A stretch of DNA of 64,000 nt. Origin: an uncultured Acidobacteriota bacterium. Lineage in GTDB: Bacteria; Acidobacteriota; Terriglobia; Terriglobales; Acidobacteriaceae. The notes under the pieces are model-generated. The model did not search any database. It saw only the letters and a program-made list of their open reading frames with translations, and was not told the origin of the DNA. The stretch is taken from NCBI GenBank assembly GCA_963846375.1, contig CAWJVV010000025.1:94689-158688 (forward strand), in the 5' to 3' direction. This document shows, piece by piece, positions 23,792 to 33,856 of the stretch. Position 1 is the stretch's first letter; each line of letters starts with the position of its first letter. The translations under genes and the position numbers were made by a program.

Positions 23792-24688
23792 TTGAACCGC
23801 CCTGCTTCTGCTCGTTTCTGTCGCACTGCTCTCCTGCTTCTGCTTTCCCTTGGCCTCGGCCTGGCTGCCACTGCCCAGGATGTGCCCTACTTCGTCACCT
23901 ACTCGCATGACCTGGAGGAGCCCGGGAATCTGGAGATCGAAACCAAAACGGCTCTTGCCCGCCCGGAAGGCGGCCACCACTATGGCGCCCTTGCCACGGA
24001 GTTTGAATATGGGGTCCGTGCATGGTGGACAACCGAGGCGTACCTCGACGGCCAGGCCACGGCAAGTGATTCAGCCATCTATACCGGCTTCCGCTGGGAG
24101 AATCGCTTGCGCCCACTGATGCACGAATATCCCATAAATCCAGTGCTTTACATTGAATTTGAGGACATCTCCGCCGCCGACAAGACCGTCCTTGAGGTCG
24201 TTGGACACGATGGCGAGTCCGATCTCATTCTCCCCAACGCGGTCGCGCGTACCGACCATCAGCAGGAAGGCGAACTGAAGCTCATTCTCTCGTCGAACGT
24301 CCATGACTGGAACATCTCCGAGAACTTTATCTCCGAGAAGAATCTGGGCCATGCCCCGTGGGAATTTGGCTACGCCCTGGCTGTGGCCCGCCCCTTGCGC
24401 TCCGCTGCCAGCGGACGGGTGTGCACGTTTTGCGCTGAGAACCTCATCGCCGGACTTGAGGCCTATGGCGGCCTGGGTGACACCTGGGCTCTGAGCCTTC
24501 ATCGCACGTCGCACTACCTGGCTCCGGCCTTCGGCTGGCAACTGCCTGCCCACATGCGCGTCAGCTTCTCGCCGGGGTTCGGTGTGACCCGCAGCAGCAT
24601 GGATCAGGTATATCGCGTCGGATTCGCCTACGAATTGAAAGACCCTGCCGACATGTTCTTTTCTCGAAGGAAGGGAAAGGTCTGGTGA
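23792..24688 (+). CDS. Secreted, probable outer-membrane beta-barrel hypothetical protein
   Basis: Signal peptide; alternating amphipathic strands (EFEYGV, LYIEFE, RVGFAYEL). Confidence 0.65.
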   Translation: MNRPASARFCRTALLLLLSLGLGLAATAQDVPYFVTYSHDLEEPGNLEIETKTALARPEGGHHYGALATEFEYGVRAWWTTEAYLDGQATASDSAIYTGFRWENRLRPLMHEYPINPVLYIEFEDISAADKTVLEVVGHDGESDLILPNAVARTDHQQEGELKLILSSNVHDWNISENFISEKNLGHAPWEFGYALAVARPLRSAASGRVCTFCAENLIAGLEAYGGLGDTWALSLHRTSHYLAPAFGWQLPAHMRVSFSPGFGVTRSSMDQVYRVGFAYELKDPADMFFSRRKGKVW

Positions 24689-25056
24689 GGCGGTTCCTCG
24701 TATCGGTATCGTTCCTGTTCTGTCTGGGTTTTGCCTGCGCTGCCGCATCTTCCCACTGGGACTTCGTTCCCGCGCGCGACCACTCGCGGCCAAACCCCTT
24801 CCAGGGCAAGCCCGAAGCCGTTTCTGCCGGGGCGATCCTCTACCACGACCATTGCGAGCAGTGCCACGGGCCGGACGCGCAGGGAGACGGCCGCAAAAAG
24901 CCCTCATTGCACTCCCAAAGCGTACGGTCGGCCACCGATGGCGATCTGGAGTGGTTCTTGCGCCAGGGAGATCTGCGCCACGGCATGCCTTCGTGGTCCG
25001 CGCTGCCGCAGGCCCAGCGCTGGCAGATCATCGCCTATCTTCGTTCTTTACCTTGA
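24685..25056 (+). CDS. Monoheme c-type cytochrome
   Basis: Signal peptide, CEQCH heme motif, distal GMPSW; start overlaps the upstream stop. Confidence 0.9.
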   Translation: MRRFLVSVSFLFCLGFACAAASSHWDFVPARDHSRPNPFQGKPEAVSAGAILYHDHCEQCHGPDAQGDGRKKPSLHSQSVRSATDGDLEWFLRQGDLRHGMPSWSALPQAQRWQIIAYLRSLP

Positions 25057-25120
25057 CGCCGGCGATTGCAGGGATTTGTTGGACTTAGCTCAATCCTCCT
25101 GCCAGAACTGCCTGGGTCAG

Positions 25121-25236
25121 TTGAGTTCGAACTGCATTTGTGCCATCATCAACGTATGCGAATGACCTCCTGTTGTCGCTGCCGTTCTCATCGCGCACAG
25201 GACCTCGGCATAACCGCAATCGTATTTCAGGTTCCT
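25121..25236 (+). promoter_or_regulatory. Putative Cys-rich leader peptide region of an attenuator
   Basis: TTG 25121..TGA 25165 encodes (M)SSNCICAIINVCE; an overlapping frame encodes (L)CHHQRMRMTSCCRCRS; lies upstream of a terminator and sulfite reductase. Confidence 0.5.
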
Positions 25237-25271
25237 GACGCCCGCGATGGCCATCGCGGGCGTCTTCTTCT
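25237..25271 (+). terminator. Intrinsic terminator-like hairpin in the sulfite reductase leader
   Basis: 28-nt perfect palindrome GACGCCCGCGATGGCCATCGCGGGCGTC followed by TTCTTCT. Confidence 0.7.
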
Positions 25272-25336
25272 CGCACGAAAGTTGATGGCTCGGTGGGGCG
25301 ACGTTGGCGTCCGAGCACGCAAGCCGAAAGGGAGTT

Positions 25337-27044
25337 GTGGAGCGGGGCAGATTCCGGTAAAAGAGACCAAGGCGCAGCGCAGCAAAAGGCTGCAAGCGCG
25401 AAAGAAACCCATGGGAGGCCTTGACGAGGTGCGCCAGTTCGCCCGCGAGGGCCGCGCGGCGTGCTGCCGGAGTGGGCGTCGTTCTACTTCAAGTGGTGGG
25501 GCATCTACACCCAGGGCGACGGCGTGGGCGCACCGGCGGCAAGGGCGGCGAAGGCAAGGCCACCGAATATTTCATGATGCGCATCGGCATTCCCAACGGC
25601 ATCGCTCACATCGCAGCCAGCTGCGCGCGATCGGCGCGACATCGCGCGCAAGCACGCGCGCAACCTGGCCGACATCACCGTGCGCCAGAACATCCAGCTG
25701 CACTGGCTCACCATCGAGTCGCTGCCGGAAATCGTCGATGCGCTGACGCCGGTCGGCCTCTCGCCCAAGGGCGCGTGCGGCGATGTGGTGCGCAACGTGA
25801 CCGGCTGCCCGCTGGCCGGCGTCGCCGCCGATGAAATCATCGATGCCTCGCCGCTCGCGCGCGAGATTTCGCGCAGCTCACGGCGAATCCCGAGTTCTAC
25901 AACCTGCCGCGCAAATTCAAAATCTCCGTCACCGGCTGCCCGTCTGGTGCACCTATCCGGAGATCAACGACATCGGCCTCACCGCGGTGCGGCGCGGCGA
26001 CGAGGTCGGCTACTCCGTGCGCGTCGGCGGCGGCCTCTCGAATGATCCGCATCTCGCCGTCGAGCTCGATGCATTCATGCGTCCCGGAGCAGGCTGTTGC
26101 CGTGGTCGCGCGGCATCACCGAGATCTTCCGCGATCAGCAGGGCCTGCGCGAGAGCCGCGACCGCGCCCGCATGAAGTACCTCTTCCTGCGCGAAGGCTG
26201 GACGGCGGAGAGCTTCCTCGAAGAGCTGCAAGCCGCGCTCGGTTTCAAGCTCGATCCCGGCGTGCCGACGAGAACGTGTCCCGACGATGTTCTTCGCGAC
26301 CACGCCGGCATTCATCCGCAGCGGCAGGCTGGACTGAGCTACGTGGGCGCGTCGGTGCTGCGCGGCCGCCTGACCGGCGATCAGCTGGCAGGCCGCGGCC
26401 GATCTGGCCGAGCGCTTCGGCAGCGGCTCAGCTGCGCACCACCGTCACGCAGAACCTGATCTTCATCGACGTTCCCAACAGCAAAGACCGCTGAACTGGC
26501 GCGCGAGCTCGAGCAGATCGGTCTGCACGTCGAGGGCTCGACCTTCTGGCGCGGCGCCATCGCCTGCACCGGCACCGAGTTCTGCAAGCTGGCCATCACC
26601 GAGACCAAGGGCTTTACGCGCTGGCTGGTCGACGAGATGGAAGAGCGCCTGCCGCAATTCGACCAGCAGCTGCAAGCTGCACGTCACCGGCTGCCCCAAC
26701 AGCTGCGGCCAGCACTGGATCGCCGACATCGGCATCGAAGGCAAGAAGATCAAGCACGAGGGCAAGCTCGCGACGCATATTACTTCTGCCTTGGCGGCGC
26801 TGTGGGCCAGCATGCCGGCGTTGCGCGGCCCGTCGGATATCGCTGCCCCGCGCCGCTGTTCCCGAGGCGATCGAGCGCCTGCTGCGGCAGTATCTTGGCG
26901 GGCGCGAGCGGGCAAGAAAATCTGCGCGCCTGGTTTGCGCGCCACACCAATGACGAACTGCGCGCGTACCTCGCAGGCGAGACTTGAACGCCGGTCGAGC
27001 GCGACCTGCCAACCGGCCCCGTGCCGCATGCGGTGGCGGAGTAG
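25337..27044 (+). CDS. Ferredoxin-type sulfite/nitrite reductase hemoprotein (many frameshifts; start approximate)
   Basis: [52 protein letters not shown] and GCPNSCG (siroheme/4Fe-4S ligands) across shifted frames. Confidence 0.88.
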
Positions 27045-27150
27045 TCTTGGTTTCGATTCATCTGAGCCCAGCCACAGAAGCTGAGTGCCCGAGGTCCCGG
27101 ATTTGGACCTGATCCCGATAAAGTACGCTGAGAGGTGAACAGGAATCGAA

Positions 27151-28540
27151 ATGAGCTTGTTTCCCATCTTTCTCAAACTCGAAGGCCGCCAGTGGCTGCT
27201 GGTGGGCGCGGGAACTGTCGCTCTCGACAAAGATCGGCAGCCTGCTCAAGACCGGCCTGCGTCTGCGCGTCGTCGCGCCCGAAGCCCGCCCGAGATTCGC
27301 GCGCTGGCTGCCGAAGGCAAGCTCGAGTGGACGAGCGCGCCTTCCAGCCGCCGATCTCGACGGCAACTTCATCGTGATTGCCGCAACCGATGTCCCCGAA
27401 GTGAACGCGGCGGTCTATCGCGCAGCCCTGGAACGCGGCATCTGTGCAACAGCGTCGACGACATTCCCAACTGCGACTTCTTCTTTGGCTCGGTAGTCAG
27501 CCGCGGCGAACTGCAGATCGCCATCTCGACGGCCGGCGAGAGCCCGGCTGTGGCGCAGAGGCTGCGGCGCGAAATCGACGAGCAGCTTGCCGCAGGATCT
27601 TGGCGCGTGGCTGCGCAAGCTCGGCGAGCTGCGCCGCGAAGTGCTCGCCACGCATCCCCGCGGCGAAGAGCGCAAGGCTGCTGCTGCATCAGCTGGCGCA
27701 GCGCGCAGATCTGCGACTCGGCGCCTGGCGCCACGCGGCAGTTCGGCGCGGCGGGCAAGGAAGCTGGACGCGACGCCGCGCCTGGCACCGTCTATCTGGT
27801 TGGCGCAGGTCCCGGCGATCCCGATCTGCTCACCGTGAAAGCTCTGCGACTGATCGAGTAGCGCCGACGTGATTCTGCACGACGATCTGGTTCCTCAGGC
27901 AATTCTCGACTTGGCCCGCGCACGCAGAGGTCGTCAACGTGGGCAAGCGCTGCGGCGCAAAGACCATCACCCAGGAAGAGATCAACGCGCTGATGGTGGA
28001 GCACGCGCAGGCCGGCCGCAGCGTGGTCCGGCTCAAGAGCGGCGACCCGCTGCTGTTTGGCCGTGCGGCCGAGGAGATGAGCGCGCTGCGCTGAAGCCGG
28101 CGTGGCGTTTGAAGTCGTCCCCGGCGTCTCGGCGGCGTTTGCTGCGGCTGCGGCGATCGCCGCGTCGCTCACCGATCGCGACTGCGGCGTCGAATGTGAT
28201 CTTCTCCACCGGCCATCATGCGCAGTCGCACAACGACGCGGCATTGCCCGCGCTCGAAGATGCCACGCGCGTGGTCTACATGCCGGGCCGCGACCTGACG
28301 CTGCTGGCCGAGGAATGGATAGCCGAAGGCCTGCCCGCCGATCTGCCGTGCGTACTGGTCTCCTGCGCCGGCGCAACCCGAGCAGACGGTGATCGGCACC
28401 ACGCTGGGCTCTCTCCGGAGGCGCCGGCGCTGCGGGCGCCAAGCCTGCTATTGGCGGGTTGGGCGTTGAGCAAGGCCTCGCTTGCGCAAGAGCTCTCGTC
28501 CATCGGCGTAGCCAGATGGCCCCGGTCTCAACACTTATGA
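27151..28540 (+). CDS. cysG: Siroheme synthase (dehydrogenase/chelatase + uroporphyrinogen-III methyltransferase), frameshifted
   Basis: [50 protein letters not shown] and VVPGVSA motifs. Confidence 0.9.
28446..28512 (+). repeat. Direct repeat A (cysG 3' end), copy 1
   Basis: 59/67 identical by manual alignment to 32205..32271, with a 26-nt perfect core ttgcgcaagagctctcgtccatcggc. Confidence 0.9.
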
Positions 28541-28603
28541 CGGTGCCTCCGAGCCTGCCCTGAGCGAAGCCGAAGGGTCCCTCGCACTTGGGGACCAGGG
28601 ACT
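28517..28603 (+). repeat. REP-like element B, copy 1, with a nested 'gagcctgccctgagcgaagccgaagg' module
   Basis: tggccccggtctcaa...atga.ggtgcc...ggtccctcgcacttggggaccagggact matches 31956..32016. Confidence 0.75.
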
Positions 28604-28653
28604 GAAGCAGCCAAATCCACACAAGAAGGTTCCTAACGAAAAGGCAGCCAATG

Positions 28654-29649
28654 TCAAGAACCCTCAGCCATTCCGGCATGGCTGAGGCGTTCAAAACCAC
28701 GTTTGAGGTATTCCCCAGGGTTGGCCCCGACAACTCGCTTGAAGGCCTTACTGAACGCAGCGTCGGACTCATAGCCCACCGACCGGGCAATGTCGATGAG
28801 CTTTTTGTCGCGCTGTTCAAGTAACTGCATCGCCTTCTGCATCCGCCATTCGGTTACGTATTCCAGCGGTGTTTGTCCGAGTAGCTCTTTGAAACGTGCT
28901 GCGAATGCAGAGCGAGACATGCCCGCCGATTCGGCCAGGGATTCGACCGTCCACGGTGCATTCACTTTGTCGTGAAGGGCACTCAGGGCGGTGCCCAACT
29001 GAGGATCGAAGACTGCGCGGAGCCATCCCTTGCTGCGAGACGGTTCCGACGCGATATGCGCCCGCAACAACTGGATCACCAGTACCTCGGCTAGCCGAGT
29101 CGCGACAACTTCAGATCCGGGCGCCTGTTCTGCCATCTCTGACGCCAGCGCCTGCACGGTGCTGTGAAGAGCCAGCGTGCGTGCCTGATCGGCCTTCATC
29201 AAAATAAAGTTCGGCAAGAGCTGGGTGATTGGCTTCAAGCTGGCCTCATCGAAACTCAACGACCCGCAAACAATAGTGGTGGGTGCGCCGCCGCCGCCAC
29301 AAAGAGCGACATTGCCGTTAGCCCTGGCCCCAATCTCGCGAAAGGTCCACTTCGGACGCGTTCGCGGGCTGTCGCGCAGAACAATCGAAGTCCCCCGCGC
29401 CAGCAAGAAGCAATCACCACCGGTGAGCGGAATCGGTTCCTCGATCCCTTCCACACTCAGCCAGCAGTTTCCCCGCGAAAGCATAGCGAAGTGCGCCAAG
29501 TCTGCCGGCGGCATCGTTTTGCCGGAAGGCCTGACGTGTACTTTGACCTCGTTCTCTTGTCTTAGGCCCCAAGGGGCTGTCGCTTCCAGCCTGTGAAGAC
29601 CGAACGCGGTGACGTGCATCGTTTTGAAGATGTCTGTAATTGGGTCCAC
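28654..29649 (-). CDS. AraC family regulator with cupin N-domain (RclR-like)
   Basis: WTVESLA..AGMSRSAFAARF, YVTEWRM and VGYESDAAFSKAFKR motifs. Confidence 0.93.
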   Translation of the reverse strand: MDPITDIFKTMHVTAFGLHRLEATAPWGLRQENEVKVHVRPSGKTMPPADLAHFAMLSRGNCWLSVEGIEEPIPLTGGDCFLLARGTSIVLRDSPRTRPKWTFREIGARANGNVALCGGGGAPTTIVCGSLSFDEASLKPITQLLPNFILMKADQARTLALHSTVQALASEMAEQAPGSEVVATRLAEVLVIQLLRAHIASEPSRSKGWLRAVFDPQLGTALSALHDKVNAPWTVESLAESAGMSRSAFAARFKELLGQTPLEYVTEWRMQKAMQLLEQRDKKLIDIARSVGYESDAAFSKAFKRVVGANPGEYLKRGFERLSHAGMAEGS

Positions 29650-29756
29650 GTTTGCCTCTACTTATGGACGAATAGACAAAAAGAATGGACTTCTGAGCAG
29701 TTCCCGTCCACCGCCAAAGAATCTACTCTACTGTACCGAATACGAAGGGAGTCATC

Positions 29757-30506
29757 ATGGGAAAGCTTGAAGGAAAAGTTGCAGTAATCACAGGCGGAAA
29801 CAGCGGGATTGGGTTAGCCACAGCCAAGCGTTTCGTTGAAGAAGGCGCGCACGTTGTAATCAGCGGTCGACGCGAGAAAGAGCTGAAAGAGGCCGCAGCC
29901 TTTATCGGGAGAAACGTCACGACGGTCACGGGCGACGTAACGCGCCTGCAGGATTTGGACCGGCTCTATGCAGTCGTGAAAGAGAAACACGGTCGCATCG
30001 ACGTACTCTTTGTAAATGCCGGCTGGGGTGAAGTCGCACCGCTGGAAGCGGCTACCGAAGCTCATTTCGACAAGACCTTCGACCTGAACGTGAAGGGACT
30101 GTTCTTTACGGCGCAGAAGGCCCTCCCCTTATTCAAAGATGGAGGGTCGATCATCCTGAACTCTTCCGTCGCGAACGTGATGGGAGTGCCAGCGTTTACC
30201 GTCTACGCCGCGAGCAAGGCGGCTGTGCGCAGCTTCGCGCGTGGCTGGACCATGGAGCTGAAAGACCGCAAAATCCGCGTGAATACGGTAAGCCCCGGAC
30301 CAATCGAGACTCCAGCACTTGAGAATGCAGGCCTCACTCCTGAGCAAGCCCAGCAAGCGGCCGACCAGTTCGTCTCGCAGGTTCCACTTGGCCGCAGAGG
30401 TAAACCCGACGAAATTGCGGCCGCTGTCGTGTTCCTCGCCTCCGATGAAAGTTCTTACGTCACCGGTGTGGATCTCGCCGTCGATGGAGGCATGGCGCAG
30501 GTCTGA
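29757..30506 (+). CDS. Short-chain dehydrogenase/reductase
   Basis: [16 protein letters not shown] and PGPIET motifs. Confidence 0.95.
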   Translation: MGKLEGKVAVITGGNSGIGLATAKRFVEEGAHVVISGRREKELKEAAAFIGRNVTTVTGDVTRLQDLDRLYAVVKEKHGRIDVLFVNAGWGEVAPLEAATEAHFDKTFDLNVKGLFFTAQKALPLFKDGGSIILNSSVANVMGVPAFTVYAASKAAVRSFARGWTMELKDRKIRVNTVSPGPIETPALENAGLTPEQAQQAADQFVSQVPLGRRGKPDEIAAAVVFLASDESSYVTGVDLAVDGGMAQV

Positions 30507-30601
30507 CCTCGTCGCGGTTCCGTGGCTGGCCCTCCAGCTCCGCCAGTCCTCGGACCACCCTTCTCAAACTTTGCTCCTAACACCAAGATCGGAGAAACAG
30601 C

Positions 30602-31205
30602 ATGAGCTATGCAATTGTCGGATTCGGAAAGATCGGCCAGGCCCTCGCCCACGCCTTTGCCCGTAACAAAATCAACGTGACTGTCGCGAGCCGCCGGCCG
30701 CCCGAGGCGTTGGCGCCTCAGGCTCGGGCGGTTGGACCCACGGTCGTCGCCAAGTCGCTGCGGGATGCGCTCGCAGGCCGACACGATCATCCTGGCAATC
30801 CCGTTCGGAGAACATCGTGAGGTTGCGAAGGCGCTGCCGAGTTGGAAGGGCAAGACGGTCATCGACGCAATGAATTCGTTTCCGCTGCCACCTGAGGAAC
30901 TGGACGGTCTCCCGTCCTCCGCCTTCATTGCGAAGTCCTTCACCGGCGCTAAGGTCGTGAAAGGTTTTAACCACCTGGGTGCGGCTACGTTGGCTAGCGA
31001 TCCGGTTGTTGAGGGAGGCCATCGCGTCATCTTTTTGTCGAGCGATGATGAGGACGCGATCGCTCCCGTCGCGGATCTGGCGAAGAGACTTGGATTCGCC
31101 CCCGTCACTCTCGGAAAGCTTAACGAGGGCGGCTTGCTGGTGCACGCGCGGGGCCGCGTCTGGGGACCACTCATCTTCCAGGACCTGTTCAAGAAGCAGC
31201 AATAG
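30602..31205 (+). CDS. F420-type NADP oxidoreductase family protein (frameshift near 30775)
   Basis: IVGFGKIG, IILAIP, VIDAMN and VVKGFN motifs. Confidence 0.85.
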
Positions 31206-31298
31206 TTCCTCGACCGCGTGATTTGTCGCGCGCGGTACGACACAAAACGTCCGACTATATCGGACACGCTCTGATGCAAGGGAAAAGGAGAGATTTCG

Positions 31299-31715
31299 AT
31301 GAGCATCGAAAAGAACGTCCAGACTGTGAAGAACTTCCTTGCGGCACTCGGCCGCCGCGATAAGCAAGCTCTGCTGGCGTTGGTTGCCGAAGATCTTGAG
31401 TGGATCATTCCGGGCGAGGACTGGCCACTGGCCGGCACGTACCGCGGGCATGCGGGGCTGGAGGGGCTACTTCAGAAAGCCAACGAGACGGTGGAGACTT
31501 CATTCCCTCAGCCTCCCGAGTTCATAGCGCAGGGAGACCGGGTCCTGGTCGTCGGCTTCGCTACTGGAAAAATCAAAGCCACGAACAAAACGTTCGAGGA
31601 TCACTGGGTCTTCGACATCACAGTTCGAAATGGCAAATTGACGTACGTTCGGGAGTATGTCGATACACAAGCACTGGCACGGGCCTCCGAGTCAGATGCA
31701 AACCGCAATCACTGA
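31299..31715 (+). CDS. SnoaL/NTF2-like (ketosteroid isomerase-like) protein
   Basis: EDLEWIIPG, AGTYRGH, IAQGDRV and VRNGKL...REYVDT motifs. Confidence 0.88.
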   Translation: MSIEKNVQTVKNFLAALGRRDKQALLALVAEDLEWIIPGEDWPLAGTYRGHAGLEGLLQKANETVETSFPQPPEFIAQGDRVLVVGFATGKIKATNKTFEDHWVFDITVRNGKLTYVREYVDTQALARASESDANRNH

Positions 31716-31805
31716 CCCACCGAGAGCGCTGCTGTAGGCGTGACTTAACTTCGCGCAGCCGGTAGATTTTTGTTCATGCAATAGGTCGGTGAACGCACAA
31801 TCGCC

Positions 31806-32016
31806 GGGTGGCCCACTCATCCAGGTAACGGAAGCTGTGAGTAGGAGCTGTGCCCCGTTCATCGCGGCTTTTCGCGATGAGCGGGTGCCGGCTGAAACGC
31901 GGAGCTTTCCTTTACGATGTGATCTCTTGCATGCCGTCAATCGGTCGGCGGCGGGTGGCCCCGGGTCTCAAGAGTCATGAGGGTGCCCGGTCCCTCGCAC
32001 GTGGGGACCGGGGACT
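31806..32016. repeat. Cluster of REP-like GG(T)GCCC-hairpin elements, including element B copy 2 (31956..32016)
   Basis: gggtggcccactca..tgagtagga; gtgccccgttcatcgcggcttttcgcgatgagcggg; gggtgcccggtccctcgcacgtggggaccgggga. Confidence 0.7.
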
Positions 32017-32204
32017 CCACCCACCTTCGGCCGTCGATCGATCGAATCGTGATCACGCTCCCTTCGAGGCTTTCGAACCAGAAGAGGGCCATCTTGATGT
32101 GTCAGTCGGCAACCTCTGTTCTCTCCAAGGTTCCCCATATGGATGCCAGAAATCGATTTCGGTTGGCAGTCACGACGAGCGATTCATCGCCAATGCGCTC
32201 ATCG

Positions 32205-32271
32205 TGCTATCGGCCGGTTGGGCGCTGCGGAAGGCCTCAGTTGCGCAAGAGCTCTCGTCCATCGGCATAGC
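32205..32271 (+). repeat. Direct repeat A' (second copy of the cysG 3' end)
   Basis: Translates [20 protein letters not shown] versus cys[21 protein letters not shown]. Confidence 0.9.
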
Positions 32272-32449
32272 GGCAGACGAGCGAATCCGAATCCAGTTCC
32301 TGCACGAAATCGGGCTACCTGTCGGCAACCTGGTAATTGACGAGGTGCAACAACCCAACCGCAACCCACCCAATGAGCGAATGGGCCGATATCGCCAATC
32401 CATGCTCCGTCTGTTTCATCGCATGCCACGCTTCCCTAATCCGGTTTGT

Positions 32450-33031
32450 CTACCGCTGCAGCCCCTCGAGCACTTCGATGCGTTGCTGTAGCCGGCGGGA
32501 CACCCGTCGATTGGCAAACGCAATCAATGCAAAGCTTACAACCACAAGTGTCGCGGTCAGCGTGATGGATCGCTCCGGCACGATTGGTAAGCCGTTTGTG
32601 CCCCGCATTTCCGAAATTCCAAAAAGAAAGACTGTAATTCCAGGAAGCACAGGCAGAAGATACCATTCCCAAACCTTCCAGAGCAGATCATGCTGCCTCT
32701 TCAATTCCCCTATCAAGAAGTCGAGCGAGGGCGCTGTAGCCGGCATGGAGCACGCGCTCCCCCGCCTGCGCAGGTGGATGACCACATACACGGTGCCTGC
32801 GACGATCAGCGCAGATCCCGCTCGCATCAGCATTGAGCTAAACAGCCACATATAAAATCCATTCACAAGTACGACCACCGCGGCTGCACCGTATTCAACT
32901 GAGTTCCGCAGTTGCACCTGTTTTGTTAGCCGCTCACTCCGTAGCCTCAGTTCCTCCGCGGCCAAGACCATTGGTTCCTCCCGCTGACTTTGCCACGCTT
33001 CCCGTACGAATTTCGATTCATCGCCTGCCAC
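32450..33031 (-). CDS. Four-TM membrane protein, probable anti-sigma factor
   Basis: Overlaps the ECF sigma stop; N-terminal AWQSQ motif; WYLLP; RBS before the GTG at 33031. Confidence 0.7.
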   Translation of the reverse strand: MAGDESKFVREAWQSQREEPMVLAAEELRLRSERLTKQVQLRNSVEYGAAAVVVLVNGFYMWLFSSMLMRAGSALIVAGTVYVVIHLRRRGSACSMPATAPSLDFLIGELKRQHDLLWKVWEWYLLPVLPGITVFLFGISEMRGTNGLPIVPERSITLTATLVVVSFALIAFANRRVSRRLQQRIEVLEGLQR

Positions 33032-33608
33032 TGTTCCCTCCCTCGTGAAATCTCCGAGCAAGCATCTGCTTGATCCGGTGGATTTTTATCGAGACGTTAC
33101 CTTGTGACATTCCGGTCACCTCGCCGATCGAAGCAGCATCCGTATCTTCCAGGTAGAGGAGGATGATCTGCCTGTCAAGCGGCTGCAAGGTGCGCACCAG
33201 AGTCAATAACCTATTCCGCGCCCGATCACGATCCAGCATCTCGGTCGGATCAACCTCCGTGGCTGCTGACCAATCCTGCAACTCGTCCAACTCCTCCAGG
33301 CTCAGCAGAGCCTTCGCTCGCCGTCGGTTACGCTTCACCAGGTGAGAAGCGGCAACGTTATGGGCAACCCTGTAGACCCAGGTTCGCGCAGAACATCGGC
33401 CATCAAACACATGAAGGCTCCTCCAAAGGGCTACATGAATGTCCTGAAGTAAGTCGCGACATGTCTCGCGATCGGACTCATAGGCGCGCGCCAGTCGCCC
33501 CAGCGCGTCGCCGTAATCTTTGATGAACTCCTGATACTTCGTCTCGAGGCGGCCGGAGCGCGCATCGAGGTCGCCAGATTCGACGGCGGGATCCCTGCCT
33601 TTGCTCAC
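33018..33608 (-). CDS. ECF RNA polymerase sigma factor
   Basis: DLLQDI...LW, TWVYRVAHN, L.PLDRQIILLYLE and IGEVTG..NV..KIHRIK motifs. Confidence 0.92.
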   Translation of the reverse strand: MSKGRDPAVESGDLDARSGRLETKYQEFIKDYGDALGRLARAYESDRETCRDLLQDIHVALWRSLHVFDGRCSARTWVYRVAHNVAASHLVKRNRRRAKALLSLEELDELQDWSAATEVDPTEMLDRDRARNRLLTLVRTLQPLDRQIILLYLEDTDAASIGEVTGMSQGNVSIKIHRIKQMLARRFHEGGNSGRR

Positions 33609-33856
33609 ATACAGATAGTCCCCGGCTTCGGGGATTTCTTACAAGTCTCCCCCAAAGCAAACAAGTGGTCCGAAAACGACAAGCAAAACCCGGAACCGGG
33701 CGCCCACGACTCCAAAGATCGATCAACCGACATCCGTGACCGCAATCACAAACGCCCGGCCTTCAACCGGCGCATACTCCATGCAGGTTCCAAGGAACCG
33801 GCAGGTGTTGTGTCCCTGCCACCGATCTTTGCTATCGCAGATTGCAATAGAATTCA

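Larger units (their letters stand above)
28513..32204. mobile_element. Small accessory island (AraC + 3 enzymes) inserted at the cysG 3' end; no integrase or transposase
   Basis: Flanked by direct repeats A/A' and REP-like B/B'; visibly more AT-rich than the flanking genes. Confidence 0.6.

Noticed and set aside
25272-25336. SAM or other known riboswitch before sulfite reductase
   Set aside because: I could not recognise the conserved core of any known riboswitch class; an Rfam search would be decisive.
28513-32204. Integron cassette array or IS composite transposon
   Set aside because: No intI or transposase, hairpins lack evident attC RYYYAAC/GTTRRRY ends, and the cargo includes a divergent regulator.
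31850-32491. 213-aa ORF at the island's right end
   Set aside because: It runs through REP hairpins and the cysG-end duplicate, so it is a mosaic rather than a plausible gene.
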